Shown here one piece after another: positions 37,626-49,672 of a stretch of DNA of 64,000 bases. The translations under genes were made by a program, and so were the position numbers. The notes beneath the pieces were generated by a model that was not told the DNA's origin, made no database searches, and was given only the letters and a program-made list of their open reading frames with translations. Each line of letters starts with the position of its first letter. Positions within the stretch are counted from its first letter, which is position 1. Source of the stretch: Macrostomum lignano (lineage: Eukaryota); contig NIVC01001322.1 of NCBI GenBank assembly GCA_002269645.1, positions 124,001 to 188,000 on the forward strand. Direction: 5' to 3'.

Positions 37626-37800
37626 TGGTGTTGGGTGTGTTCAAATCTAAGATATGGTGTTTGGTGTGTTCAGATGTTAGATATGGTGTTGGGTGTGTTC
37701 AGATGTTAGATATGGTGTTGGGTGTGTTCAGATGTCAGATATGGTGTTGGGTGAGTTCAGACGTTAGATATGGTGTTGGGTGTGTTCAGATGTTAGATAT
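37626..37800. repeat. 29-bp minisatellite (right part of the array at 16632-17716)
   Basis: Same unit, 6 copies, resuming in register after the LTR. Confidence 0.95.
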
Positions 37801-38614
37801 AGTGTGCTTGTCAATGTAGAGAACATTTTAATTGTAATAACAAGTTTGTCAGCTCCTGTCTGCTCTCGGTCGCAGAAGGCTTGTCTGGTGCCCTTTAGTT
37901 TTTTTAATCTGAAGATATTAAAATAATAGATTTCGTAGTCAAATATCTACCCGGTTACCTAGTAGTCACAAATGAAACAATCCTCTTTCAAGTAACTGAG
38001 GGAAAAATAATTTATTTCTAGCAAAAAATCGCTCGACTATGCATGTAAGCGGTGGCACGAGCAAAAATTCACGGTGGAATAGAAATTATAGCTTCACACA
38101 CGATGGTTGGATATCGTTCAATCAAATCGACACCTGGCCGGATTTTATGACGCATTAACAAGCTCACATCTGGGCGCGTATTGAGTTACTTATGCATGCG
38201 CCATGCAGTCTGTTTTGACCTTAACGACGCCGCGCAAACGTGTTCAGGCATATTTTCATTGATCCTTTTATCGGCAGATGTGTCTCACTAATTTATTACT
38301 TTAATCCATTGCCGCGCAAGGACTTTACTAGATGTTGAATTGTTATCAGGACGTAAAACTCGCATTCTGAGGAGAATTTATTTGTAGTCAAAATCTCGTT
38401 CAAAATCCATTACAATTGGTCTACGAATAATCTAAGTTACATCAACGTAAATCAACTTTGGCCAATAGGAGTTCATGTGTGAGCAGCTTATTGAGATCTC
38501 AGTAGAGCTGCAATATATAAGTTTCATTCAGACCTCTTCTACTAGCCAAACGAAACCAGACTCTAGCTTGCCGTTCACCGTACCTGAATAGAAGCTTCCG
38601 GTCCTCGAGTCAAG

Positions 38615-39991
38615 ATGCATTCATTCCTGCGAAGCTACGATCATCATAAAGAGCATCGGGCCAGAGCAGACCATCGAAACCATGCAGCAAATCTGCCCGA
38701 CCTGCCCGCGCTGCAGCAGCATCCGAGGCAAGAGCACAGCTGCCAGCAAGAACGCTGCCAGCGCGTGCTGATCAACGTTTCTGGGGAGCTGTTCGAGACC
38801 CAGCTAAAAACGCTGGACCGCTATCCAGACACTCTCCTAGGAGACGAGACTAAACGACTGGCGCACTGGGACCCCGATCGATGCGAGTACTTCTTTGATC
38901 GGCACAGACCCTCTTTCCCGGCCATACTCAACTTCTACCAATCCGGTGGGCGCCTCCGCCGTCCGCAGGAGGTGCCCGAGGAGATCTTCTACGACGAGTT
39001 GCGATTCTTCCAGTTCAACCGGGATATTATTCGCGACTTTCTACTATCCGAAGGCTACGCCAGGCGAATTGTCAAGCGAGTCGCCGGGCAAAGCTTACGC
39101 GCTCGCTTGTACGCCACGTTTGAGCATCCGGAGTCTTCGAATACGGCTCGAGCGGTGTCGGCGTTTAGTGTATTGGTCATAGTGCTGAGTATTGTGCTAT
39201 TCTGCATTGAAACAGTGCCTGAGGAAGCCTTAGACACGGAGAGATGCTCTCAGGGCGGCGTCGAGTATTTGTATCGGCCAAGCCCCACAGCTGCGCCGTC
39301 GCGTGCGAAGCATTCTTTGGTCTCTCCGCAGCACCAGCTTAGCTGGATTTTTATTCTAGAAGCTCTTTGCGTTTCCTGGTTTACATTGGAGTTCATAATT
39401 CGAATGCTGACCTACCCGTACCCTCGCAGGGCTCTGCTGTACTCCCTGACTAACTGGCTAGACGTGGTCAGCATCCTTCCGTTTGTCGTGTCAGCCGTTT
39501 TCATAGCCGACGGCTGTCTAGACCAGCAGGTCTGCTCGCGTCGCTCTTACCTGCTGAAAGCGTTCGGCTTCCTTCGTGTACTTCGAGTGTTCAAGTTTCA
39601 CAAGTACGTTGCCGGGATGCAGATACTTGGGCGAACTTTGCGAATGAGCTTCCGCGAGATGACTATGTTTGTGTTCTTCTTGTGCATCTGCGTTGTGCTC
39701 TTCTCCACGGCGATCTACTATACGGAGTCTGACAATGACCGGCTTCAGTTCAGTAGCATCCCGGACTCATTCTGGTGGGCTGTGATCAGCATGTGCACAG
39801 TTGGATACGGAGACTATGTGCCGCGTAGCCTCAGCGGCAAACTTGTTGGCGCAATTTGCGTAGTAGCCGGCGTCATGACCATAGCGCTGCCAGTGCCCGT
39901 GATCGTCACCAACTTCAACACCGTCTACAGGCAGGCTGTGCAGCGCAGGGTCAGACCTGAGGTTGTTGAAGAGAAACTGATTTACGCCTGA
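38615..39991 (+). CDS. KCNA: Voltage-gated K+ channel, Shaker/Kv1-like, single coding exon (458 aa)
   Basis: T1 domain RVLINVSGELFETQLKTL...YFFDRHRPSF...FYQSGGRLRRP, S1-S6, pore FWWAVISMCTVGYGD and S6 ALPVPVIV. Confidence 0.95.
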   Translation: MHSFLRSYDHHKEHRARADHRNHAANLPDLPALQQHPRQEHSCQQERCQRVLINVSGELFETQLKTLDRYPDTLLGDETKRLAHWDPDRCEYFFDRHRPSFPAILNFYQSGGRLRRPQEVPEEIFYDELRFFQFNRDIIRDFLLSEGYARRIVKRVAGQSLRARLYATFEHPESSNTARAVSAFSVLVIVLSIVLFCIETVPEEALDTERCSQGGVEYLYRPSPTAAPSRAKHSLVSPQHQLSWIFILEALCVSWFTLEFIIRMLTYPYPRRALLYSLTNWLDVVSILPFVVSAVFIADGCLDQQVCSRRSYLLKAFGFLRVLRVFKFHKYVAGMQILGRTLRMSFREMTMFVFFLCICVVLFSTAIYYTESDNDRLQFSSIPDSFWWAVISMCTVGYGDYVPRSLSGKLVGAICVVAGVMTIALPVPVIVTNFNTVYRQAVQRRVRPEVVEEKLIYA

Positions 39992-40544
39992 ACTTCTTCA
40001 ATTAGTTCAGCCAATGCGTCGTTTGCTAAGGACATCTGGTGTACAAAATTAGCTCGAAGCTGACGTGAGGATAGTTTGTTTACTAGGGCGTGGACTCGAA
40101 AACTAGATATTATATAGCTGGATAGTTGTAGGAACCTATTGCTATTGCTTCTACGCTAGTATTTGAAATTTCATTCGGAATTTTTTTGTTAATTCTGACC
40201 CAATAAAGTACTTGCAATACTTTGAAACTTGCTTGCTCGGTCTCTTCCCGATTTGAAAAATCCCAATCCTGATAAATCCGTTGGATGGTGTATAGCTGAT
40301 ATAGGATCCAACTGAAGCAAAGAGAATCGAAGACAGCGGATTTCATTGGATTTAACAAAAGTCAGGGTTTCAGTGGCTCACTCGATTCTGTTGTTATTTT
40401 ATATTTATACTATGCAAAGTAGAAATAGTATGGAAACCTATGGTTTTTTTCGATAAAGCTCACTAGCAATCTGCGCTCCTTTTAAACTGTCCATGTATAC
40501 AGCTCACAATTATTTTCATTTTTCTTTTCATTTGCTGTTGAGAA

Positions 40545-41580
40545 TCTGCTTCTCCGCTCTTCCTCAGTCCTTGAGAATCTGCCACGCCGCTCTCTCTCAG
40601 TCCTTGAGAATCTGCCTCGCGGCTCTCCCTCAGTCCTTGAGAATCTGCCTCGCGGCTCTCCCTCAGTCCTTGAGAATCTGCCTCGCGGCTCTCCCTCAGT
40701 CCTTGAGAATCTGCCTCGCGGCTCTCCTTCAGTCCTTGAGAATCTGCCTCGCGGCTCTCCTTCAGTCCTTGAGAATCTGCCACTCCGCTCCCCCTCAGTC
40801 CTTAAGAATCTGCCTCGCGGCTCTCCCTCAGTCCTTGAGAATCTGCCTCGCGGCTCTCCCTCAGTCCTTGAGAATCTGCCTCGCGGCTCTCCCTCAGTCC
40901 TTGAGAATCTGCCTCGCGGCTCTCCCTCAGTCCTTGAGAATCTGCCTCGCGGCTCTCCTTCAGTCCTTGAGAATCTGCCTCTCCACTCTCCCTCAGTCCT
41001 TGAGAATCTGCCTCTCCACTCTCCCTTAGTCCTTGAGAATCTGCCTCGCGTCTCTCCTTCAGTCCTTGAGAATCTGCCTCGCGGCTCTCCTTCAGTCCTT
41101 GAGAATCTGCCACTCCGCTCCCCCTCAGTCCTTGAGAATCTGCCTCGCGGCTCTCCCTCAGTCCTTGAGAATCTGCCTCGCGGCTCTCCCTCAGTCCTTG
41201 AGAATCTGCCTCGCGGCTCTCCCTCAGTCCTTGAGAATCTGCCTCGCGGCTCTCCCTCAGTCCTTGAGAATCTGCCTCGCGGCTCTCCCTCAGTCCTTGA
41301 GAATCTGCCTCGCGGCTCTCCCTCAGTCCTTGAGAATCTGCCTCGCGGCTCTCCTTCAGTCCTTGAGAATCTGCCTCTCCACTCTCCCTTAGTCCTTGAG
41401 AATCTGCCTCTCCAATCTCCCTCAGTCCTTGAGAATCTGCCTCTCCACTCTCCCTTAGTCCTTGAGAATCTGCCTCTCCACTCTCCCTTAGTCCTTGAGA
41501 ATCTGCCTCTCCACTCTCCCTTAGTCCTCGAGAATCTGCCTCTCCACTCTCCCTCAGTCCTTGAGAATCTGTCTCTCCGC
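40545..41580. repeat. 33-bp minisatellite CAGTCCTTGAGAATCTGCCTCGCGGCTCTCCCT
   Basis: About 31 copies; gives long 11-aa-periodic ORFs on both strands. Confidence 0.96.
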
Positions 41581-42453
41581 TTCCTTCCCAATTAGCAACC
41601 AGCTCTCAAAAATAGAAAAAAATCTGTTTCAAGAATTTCAAATAGCTTGTAGATCGAATACCCTAATTATTTTATATAAACACTGGCTCTACAGTGCCCT
41701 CTCAGTACTGTACGAGCATTGGAATTTTTGCTTACAGAGTCAGATCCAGATCAGGCCACAAACTTCCAGCGGAGCTTGTATTTGCGGTTTGAGTAAAACG
41801 ATCCAGCCACTACGCAGTCTTATCAGTTGGTAAAACCACACGGAGCATTAAACTGAGTTCGGCATTTTTTATCGAGTACTCAAGGGACTGCAAAGGCAGA
41901 TTAGCACGGCATCGATCGGAGGCCGGAACGGGGACTTGTTGCAGAAAAATTGTCCAAAACAAAGTTGAAATGTCATTACAGTTACTTTGCTGGCGTAATG
42001 CAGTTATTGGGAGATTTCGATACATTACCAATGACTCCATGGATTCGTAAGTATAAATGTGTCTACCATTTTGTACTTAGTATAATTTTCTTTTAAACGA
42101 ACTTGTTTCAGGTACCTGCTTTAAAACAAGTGCATAATTTTTTAGTTTGTAAAAGTACATGTCGCACTTTGTCGCTCTTGGAAATTGCCAAATTTTTACG
42201 TAGCTTAGTGATCCAGCACTCCTGCTCGAGCACTATTACGACTCGATCTGTAGGGCCCAGTAAATACTGAAAAACTATAAATTTTATTGGTCGAAAACAC
42301 ACATTCGATTGGAGAACTAATCCGATCGGGGAGATAGAGCCTATGGTCTTCTTTGCCTGTGGGCAGAGCAAATTTCTGCGCATTTTCATAGTACTAAGCT
42401 AACTGGGAGAACGTTTTGCATCACCATCGAACAGAACTAAATGCGCTAGTAGT

Positions 42454-42897
42454 ATGTGTGTCGCCATGGATTTTATGGTGGGGGGGGCAGAGTCAAGAAT
42501 ACAACATGTACATGACTAAATTGCTACATTTCCATTATTTTGGAAATCGTGTGTCAGCGCTCATTTTAGCGCTGCAGGCACTCTTTGTGGCGCCGCAGGA
42601 ACTCATTGTGGCGCCGCAGGCACTCATTGTGGCGCCGAAGGCACTCATTTTGGCGCTGAAGGCACTCATTGTGGCGCCGCAGGAACTCATTGTGGCGCCG
42701 TAGGGACTCCTTTTTGGCGCTGTAGACACTCATCTTAGCACCGAAGGTATTCCTTTTGGCACCGAAAGCGCTGTATTTTGGCGCCCTGAAGAAGCATTTT
42801 TTATTACTACAACGGGTCAAAAGGTGGGGTGGGGGGGACAAAGCATTGGCATGTCCCCCTGTCCCCCTGTCCCCCCCCCCCGGTGGCGACGCGCCTG
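42454..42897. mobile_element. Possible non-autonomous DNA transposon (MITE) with an internal 21-bp repeat
   Basis: Imperfect termini tgtgtgtcgcca / tggcgacgcgcctg with G/C-run subtermini. Internal GGCACTCATTGTGGCGCCGCA repeats at about 42560-42790. Confidence 0.45.
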
Positions 42898-42971
42898 GTA
42901 TGTGTAACAAAAGCAGTATGCGAGATTTGCCTCATATTTTAAGCACCGAAAAGGCTCCAAAAGGTTGAAAT

Positions 42972-43841
42972 TGTAGTAGGGGGTTTAGTTCAAGCAGTTT
43001 TGCTAAGGGCGTTTGCCAAGGTTTCCGATTCGTCGAGATAATTATTTTAGTTTTCCGAAATCGAGAATAAGCAGTTTTGCTTTTACGCTACTGTTAGTAG
43101 TTCACCCTCGGGGAAATATCTGAAGTTGTGGGAATTCGAGTATTAGCGGGTTCCTCTATTAGTAAAAGGCTGTTTTTCCTCGGGAAAAGCATCCGTTCGG
43201 GACAATCAGTCAAGGATCCGTTCAGGACCGTCCATCAGGACAATATTTCAGAGACTAAGTCTCAAAGCACAAACTCAAAATATAAGGGAGTCTCCCCTTG
43301 TATAAAGATAGAAATACTAAAAAAATTCTAAAACAGAAATTAAGGGTAAGTTAGGGTAAAATAGGGAGGCTAAGAAGGAGTCTACCACTTAGTCAAAACG
43401 GAGTCTACCGAAGAATAGGAATAAATTAGGTAACATAGGGAAAGACTAAGGGAGTCTACCATTAGTCTAACTAAGAATCGGAGTCTACCGAATTGTTAAC
43501 ATAGGGATTAATTGTATACCTTCTTTTGCATATTTGGTTTAATAATATTTCTTTTGTTTGTTTGATCTAAATAATCTTATATGAAATTGACTCTTGTCTC
43601 ACTTATTTTAATTTAACATTAATTATAAGGGGCATTAGTCTGGTGGCAGCGACCTACCAAATAAAAGTACGTAATAGCAGATTAGTAGAGCAAAGTAAAC
43701 CTAAGATCGTAACAACTATTCATCCAATTTAAGGTAGCTAGGAAATCTTCTAGCTTAATCTAAGCCCGGAGTCTCTCGAGCTTAGATTAATCAAATTAAA
43801 AATAAACCAGTAGCCTAAACCGCAGGTACCACGCTTGTCCA
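42972..43841 (+). repeat. Gypsy 5' LTR (870 bp)
   Basis: Direct repeat of 51091-51959. Confidence 0.97.
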
Positions 43842-44261
43842 ATTGGTGGCAGCTTAGGGGATTAGTAAACCCGAGAAACGCAAAAAGTTAAAGACTGGTG
43901 CAAAACTAGCAAAATCAGTAATATATATAACCTGCAAAATAAAAACGTTTCGGAAAGTCAGAATCAGGAGAGAAGGTAATCTAAATACTGAAACTAATGC
44001 GATAATCCTAAATCCTAGGATTAACAAATTAAAGAACGAATTAACGCTTCTATTGAACTAGCAGTTTCGAAATTTGATAGCAAGGTCATAATTGACCCAG
44101 TTAAAAGTGAAGAGATCACGCAGTCTAGCAGTTCTGTTCACAAATTAGAAATAACCAATTAAAAACTAGTTAAATAGATCAGTGACTCAGGAGTCTCCCA
44201 GTCTCACTGAATTCAATTAATAGTAAGTATCAGAAGCGATAATTCGTAATTCGAAAAACTA

Positions 44262-45272
44262 ATGGACGCCAACGAAGTAGTAGAAGCTCTGGCTGAAGGA
44301 ATTAGAGACAGACTAGACATTAGAAAGCACATTAGGATCCAAAAGTACACGCCTAATCAAGATATAGACGTATGGATTCAGGCTTTTGAGCAAAGGTGTA
44401 TCGCAGATGAGATACCTGCAGCCGATTGGAAAAATGAACTACTATCTAATCTAGATGTCCAATCAGCGTTTGCTATTGTGACAAGGCTGAATTTAGACCC
44501 TAATCTACCGTATGCTGAATTCAAGGATAGGCTCATCGAACGATTCACGCATGCGGGTAGTGCCCAAGAAGCTAGGGAAGAATTCCGCAGCAGATATCAA
44601 TCTAAGACAGAGAGCTCTGACGACTATGCGGAGAAGCTGACAGAGTTAGCCTATATGGCATTTCCCCACCTAACTAATGACCAAAGACAGGAAGAAGTGG
44701 TGGAACAATTTATTAGAGGTGTTAGGATAACCCTAGAGGCTAGGGAGAAGCTACTGCTAGCACAGGCGAACACACTCCAAGAGACACGTCGAGTTTTGCG
44801 ACGTATCGAAATGGCGTATACCATGTCTCGCCGAGGTAGAGATCCAGCTCAGTGCAAGGCAACTGGAGGAGATGAGGCGGAAAGTAGCTTGAGGGAGTTA
44901 GTCCGCAAGCAAGGTGAGACACTAGAAAGCCAGCAGAGGGTACTCCAGGAGTTGCTTCGACACCAGCAGAGTGCTGAGCAGAAGGCTAGACAGAAGCCGT
45001 ACCAAGGCCAGCAACAGGGCCAAGGTCAGAAGCAGCCAGTAAAGTGCTTCAAGTGTGGGAAAAGCGGTCACATAGCTAAGCATTGCCAGCAGCAGCAGAA
45101 TCAGCCGCAGTTTCCGCAGCAGCAGTTTCCACAACCACCACAGTTTATTCCGTACCAGCCGCAGTACCCGCCGCCGCAGTTCCCGCAGCAGCAGTTCCCG
45201 CAGCAGTACCAGAATAAGAATCAGGGAAACGGAGTAGCCGGAAGCGTAGGAGGCAACGCTTTCCAGAAGTAG
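44262..45272 (+). CDS. gag: Gypsy Gag with CCHC zinc knuckle
   Basis: 336 aa; DIDVWIQAFE, RYQSKTESSDDY, VVEQFIRG and CFKCGKSGHIAKHC. Confidence 0.93.
   Translation: MDANEVVEALAEGIRDRLDIRKHIRIQKYTPNQDIDVWIQAFEQRCIADEIPAADWKNELLSNLDVQSAFAIVTRLNLDPNLPYAEFKDRLIERFTHAGSAQEAREEFRSRYQSKTESSDDYAEKLTELAYMAFPHLTNDQRQEEVVEQFIRGVRITLEAREKLLLAQANTLQETRRVLRRIEMAYTMSRRGRDPAQCKATGGDEAESSLRELVRKQGETLESQQRVLQELLRHQQSAEQKARQKPYQGQQQGQGQKQPVKCFKCGKSGHIAKHCQQQQNQPQFPQQQFPQPPQFIPYQPQYPPPQFPQQQFPQQYQNKNQGNGVAGSVGGNAFQK
45224..45264 (+). promoter_or_regulatory. -1 programmed ribosomal frameshift signal (gag to pol)
   Basis: G GGA AAC heptamer in the gag frame. The -1 frame is open from 45218 into the protease. A stem GGAAGCGT...ACGCTTTCC starts 9 nt downstream. 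Confidence 0.75.
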
Positions 45273-48200
45273 ACAGCCAGCAGTCTGTAGCCTCGCAACC
45301 TGTAAATAGCAGCGATAGTTTTTCTGTAAATAGTGAATTGAATTCTTTGTATAACAGTAGACATGCGCAACCATTTAATCAATCATTTAATCAACCAAAT
45401 ATTTATTCTCAGCACTTTTCACACGCACCACAGCAACAACCTTGTTCTAGTAAGCAGCAAATTAAACCACAAAATTTAAGCGAACCAACTAAGAAGCAAA
45501 ATTACGATCCGTATATTACTGGCAGCATTCTAAATAAGGAGGTAGTTTATCTATTAGACACTGGCAGCAATAGGAACATTCTAGGACGTGAAACCTGGAA
45601 ACACTTGTTCACTGGCAAGAATAGTCACTTAATTAAACAATGGAACAATAGAATCGTATCGTTCACAGAAGAGCCGATTCCAATTAAAGGTTCCGTAGTT
45701 ATTAAGGCGACATTCGGTGATTTCGAAGAAGAAATAGAGTTTCTCTTATGTGACGCAGAAGTAGACAATGTAATAGGCGTGACGTTTGTCCAACAATATT
45801 GTAATGCTATCGACTTTGAGACAGGAATGCTAACTATGAAGCAGGGAACCAGAATTCCACTTCGTTCTACCAGAGCTAAGCCTCAGGTTAAGAGAATCTA
45901 TGTTGCAGAAAAGAGACAGTTCCAGCTAATAGTTCAGGATTAGTCAAGGTTAGATTAGCCACAGGTAGTGAATCCAATTTCGGAGTGCCGTCAGTTGTTG
46001 AGCCACTCAGATCAGGATTGAAGACTAGAGCAGAGAAGGTAACTGTAGTACCAAGCTTAGTAACTCTAAGGCAAGGAGAAGCGTATCTAGAAGTGATTAA
46101 CACCAGCTCACAGGAAGCTAGAGTGCCAGCAGCAGCACTAGTAGGAATGGCTAAGCCACTTTTCGCTAGTGAATTAAACTATCTTAAAGATCAACCAGAG
46201 AAAGAGCAGTTATGCCAGAATAAGAACACGCAGTTTTGCGAAAACATCAGACAGGTTCAAGACAAGTCAGAAGACTGGATTAGTGAGATTAACATAGGAA
46301 CTGAACTGACTCAGGAGCAGAGACAGAAGGTGATCGAAGTCGTCAAGGAGCATTCAGCAGCTTTCTCGCAGCACGAGTTAGACTTAGGCAGAACGCATTT
46401 AGTCACACATGAGATTATCTTGAAGGACAACAACCCAGTTCAGATACCAGCTAGAAAGATTCCACCTCATTGGATCAAGGAGGTAGATGAGCAGTTAGAT
46501 CTCATGTTGGCTAGAGGCATCATTAGGCCTAGTTACTCGCAGTACTCGACTCCATTAGTCATAGTACCTAAGAAAGATGGTTCGCTGAGATTAGTTAACG
46601 ACTATCGAGCACTAAACAACAAATCGGAGTACTTTCCGTATCCAATAACTAATATTAATGAAACATTCTCGTGTCTCCATGGAGCCAGTCAATTTTCTAC
46701 GTTAGATCTATTCTCAGGATATTATCAGATAGCTCTTAGGGAAGAAGATAAATGCAAAACTAGTTTTCCAACTTTACATCGAGGCTCGTTTGAGTACGAA
46801 GTTTTGCCAATGGGATTGCAAGGAGCTCCAGGAACTTTCCAAAGGTGCATGAACTTAGTTCTTAAGGACATTGCACAGAAGTTCGCCATAGCTTACTTAG
46901 ACGATGTAATAGTTTATAGTACAGACTTTGAATCTCACTTAGAACACCTGAAAGAAGTGCTCAAAAGACTAATCCAAGCTAATATGAAACTAAAAGCGAA
47001 GAAATGTCACCTTTTCAAATCAGAACTGCAATATCTAGGACACATCATAGGCAAATCAGGAATTAAAAGGGATGCGTCAAAGTTAGAAACGATTAGGAAC
47101 TGGCCAAAACCTAAATCTGTGACAGAGCTTCGAAGTTTTCTCGGACTCTGTAACTATTATCGAAAGTTTGTTAGAGATTTCGCCGAGGTAGCAGCACCAC
47201 TCTGTGAGCTAACGAAGAAGAACATCAAGTGTATCCAGGACAATTGGACCAGGATTCATGATGAATGCTTCGAGCTGTTGAAGGAACGGATGTGTTCCGA
47301 AGAAGTGCTTGCTTACCCAGAGTTTAATACGGACCCCCAAGTTTATTTTGTGTTAGACACTGATGCATCAGATGTCAGAATTGGGGCGGTCTTAAATCAA
47401 GTGCAGAGCGACGGAGTTGAGAGACCGATCGCGTATTATAGTCGAAAAATGAGGCAGTCAGAAAGTAGATACCCGATTACGAGGAAGGAGCTTCTAGCGA
47501 TTGTTGACTCGCTGAAGTACTTCAGGTTTTACCTCGTAGGGAAACGTTTTAAGGTGCGCACTGATCACAATGCCCTAACCTGGTTGCTTCGCCAGACCGA
47601 ACAGACAGGCATTTTAGGTCGTTGGATCGAGAGACTTAGTGAATTTGATTTTGAGATTGAGCATAGAAGTGGCCCTAAGCATGTGAATGCTGATGCTCTA
47701 TCCAGGATCCCGGATCCTCAACAGGATGAGTCATCCCCATATGCCAGGTCGCTTAGCTGTAGGGCAACTGTGAACACAGACCCAGCATCAGCTGTTACTG
47801 TGAGCTCAGGCAATTCCGCGCAAGCCGAAACCTGTAGTCTGCACAGTGGAGTTACGTCATGCTGTTCGCCGCAGAATATGGCGCCGAACCGACACAATAC
47901 TCCGAGTTTTAGTAGCAGGTTGCTAAGCAAAAGGCAAGAACAGGAGCCTAAGGAAAGGTACCCGCTTGTTTGCAATGCACTGCTGAGTGATTACCTTCGT
48001 AGCCCAGTGCGTCGCGAAAATTTGGTCGCAGCTCAGCTAGCCGACCCCGCACTAAGCTATGTCAGGAATCTGATTGAATCTGACTTGCCGAAACCGAATT
48101 TTCAAGAAAGACTAGAATTGTCTCATGAGATTAGAAATCTGCTAGGTTACTTTGAACTCTTCAGGATAGAAGGCGGTGTTCTCAGAATAGACTTAAATTT

Positions 48201-49668
48201 AGGGCGGACCGAATCTAAAGTGGTGTTGCCCAAGTCTTTGGATGGTGAAGTTTTTCACGAATTCCACGATTCACCGTTAGCAGGTCATCTAGGAAGAGAT
48301 AAAACTTATCAGCGAGTTAAAGAAAGATTTTGGAGAGTAGGATTAGCTACAGCAGTCGAAAAATACGTCGCCAAGTGCAAATCTTGTTTAGAAAGTAAAT
48401 CAAGAAAGCGATGCAAGGCACCAGTGCAGAATTTTCCTATTGTCGAGCCATTCTCACGCCTTCACATTGATTTGATAGGTCCGATCAGTCAGACTAGCAA
48501 ATCTGGTAACAAATATGTCTTGTCAGTTATTGACAGCACTAGCAAATTTCCGTTTGCGTTTGCAATTAAAAATCAGAAGGCTAAGACAGTAATCAAAATT
48601 CTGCAGGAGCGAGTTTTCGCCGACTTTGGAATACCTCAGTGGATTCACACGGATCAGGGAACACAATTTACAGGGAGAGCATTTAGGAAATTTCTAGACC
48701 TCTATGGGATTAGGCACGCTAGGACAACAAGCTATCATCCACAAAGCAATGGGCTAGTAGAGAATTTAAACAAACAAATTAAGTCAATTCTTACCTGTTT
48801 GCTCGAGAAAGAACATGCGAACTGGGATGTTCTATTGCCCGGTTGTATAACTGCATTGCGCACCAGCACGCATACAGCCACAGGTTTCAGCCCGCATTAT
48901 CTTGTGTTTGGAAGAGAGGCCCGGATGCCGAGTGACAATGTGTTCCAGCAGCCAAAGGCGTTCGCCGATCTGCCTGCTTATGTTCAAGAGCACTTGACTC
49001 ACCTGCAAGAGGGGCAAGAACTCGCCAAACAGCGGCTCAAATTAATACAACGTAATCGTGAGCAGCACTATTCTAACAAACCTAAACAACCAGACTTACC
49101 TATAGGGAGCTTAGTTTTCATTAACAACCCAGTCATCACACAGACAGAAGCCAACAAGTTCCACAGGAAGAGAAGAGCAGTTTACGAGGTCATAGAACAG
49201 TTATCAGAAGTAGTTTACAGGATTAGATTATTAAACAAAAGTACTAAGGCTAGAAAAGAGGAATTAGTCATGCATAGGGATAATTTACTACCCGTACCAA
49301 CAGCCGATTACGTTAGTGAGGAAGAAAAGCCAGAAAGCAGTTGTGCCAGGCGACCGAAACTTCGAGAAAATGTACCGCTTAATCCGATGTACGAAGCAGC
49401 CGACAGTGAGAGTGAACATGAAGATGAAGTGCAGTTTGTGCCAGTGCAAATTCAAAATAATGTTCCAGTGCCAGTGCAGGTTATGCCAGTGCAGGATATA
49501 CCAGTGCAAGATATGCCAGTACAAAATAACGAACAGCCAGTAGTCGAAAATAGACCAGTTAGAAATAGACGGGAGCCGAGTAGATTAGCGATAGACCCAG
49601 GCCAGAAGAGCTACGTACAGAGAGTAAAGGAGTTGTTTAACCCCTATCTACTCTTCCAGCTCGAATAG
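45224..49668 (+). CDS. pol: Gypsy Pol: protease, RT, RNase H, integrase (one apparent 1-bp deletion at 45909-45912)
   Basis: LLDTGS protease, YLDDVIV RT, DTDAS...ELLA RNase H, HDSPLAGH...C..C and TDQG...GLVE integrase. The PR and RT frames join if one A is restored (GAA AA- GAG ACA GTT). Confidence 0.93.
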
Positions 49669-49672
49669 CATT

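Noticed and set aside
40482-41591. 369-aa and other ORFs over the 33-bp repeat
   Set aside because: Openness follows from a stop-free 33-bp unit; no convincing splice sites or unique coding flanks.
41830-42140. Open + frame with a GTAAGT...TTTCAG intron-like segment (about 42049-42110)
   Set aside because: The spliced product stops within a few codons and resembles nothing recognisable; possibly a gene or transposon relic.
45892-45943. A second programmed frameshift between protease and RT
   Set aside because: No X XXY YYZ heptamer in frame; a one-base loss in an A-run explains it more simply.
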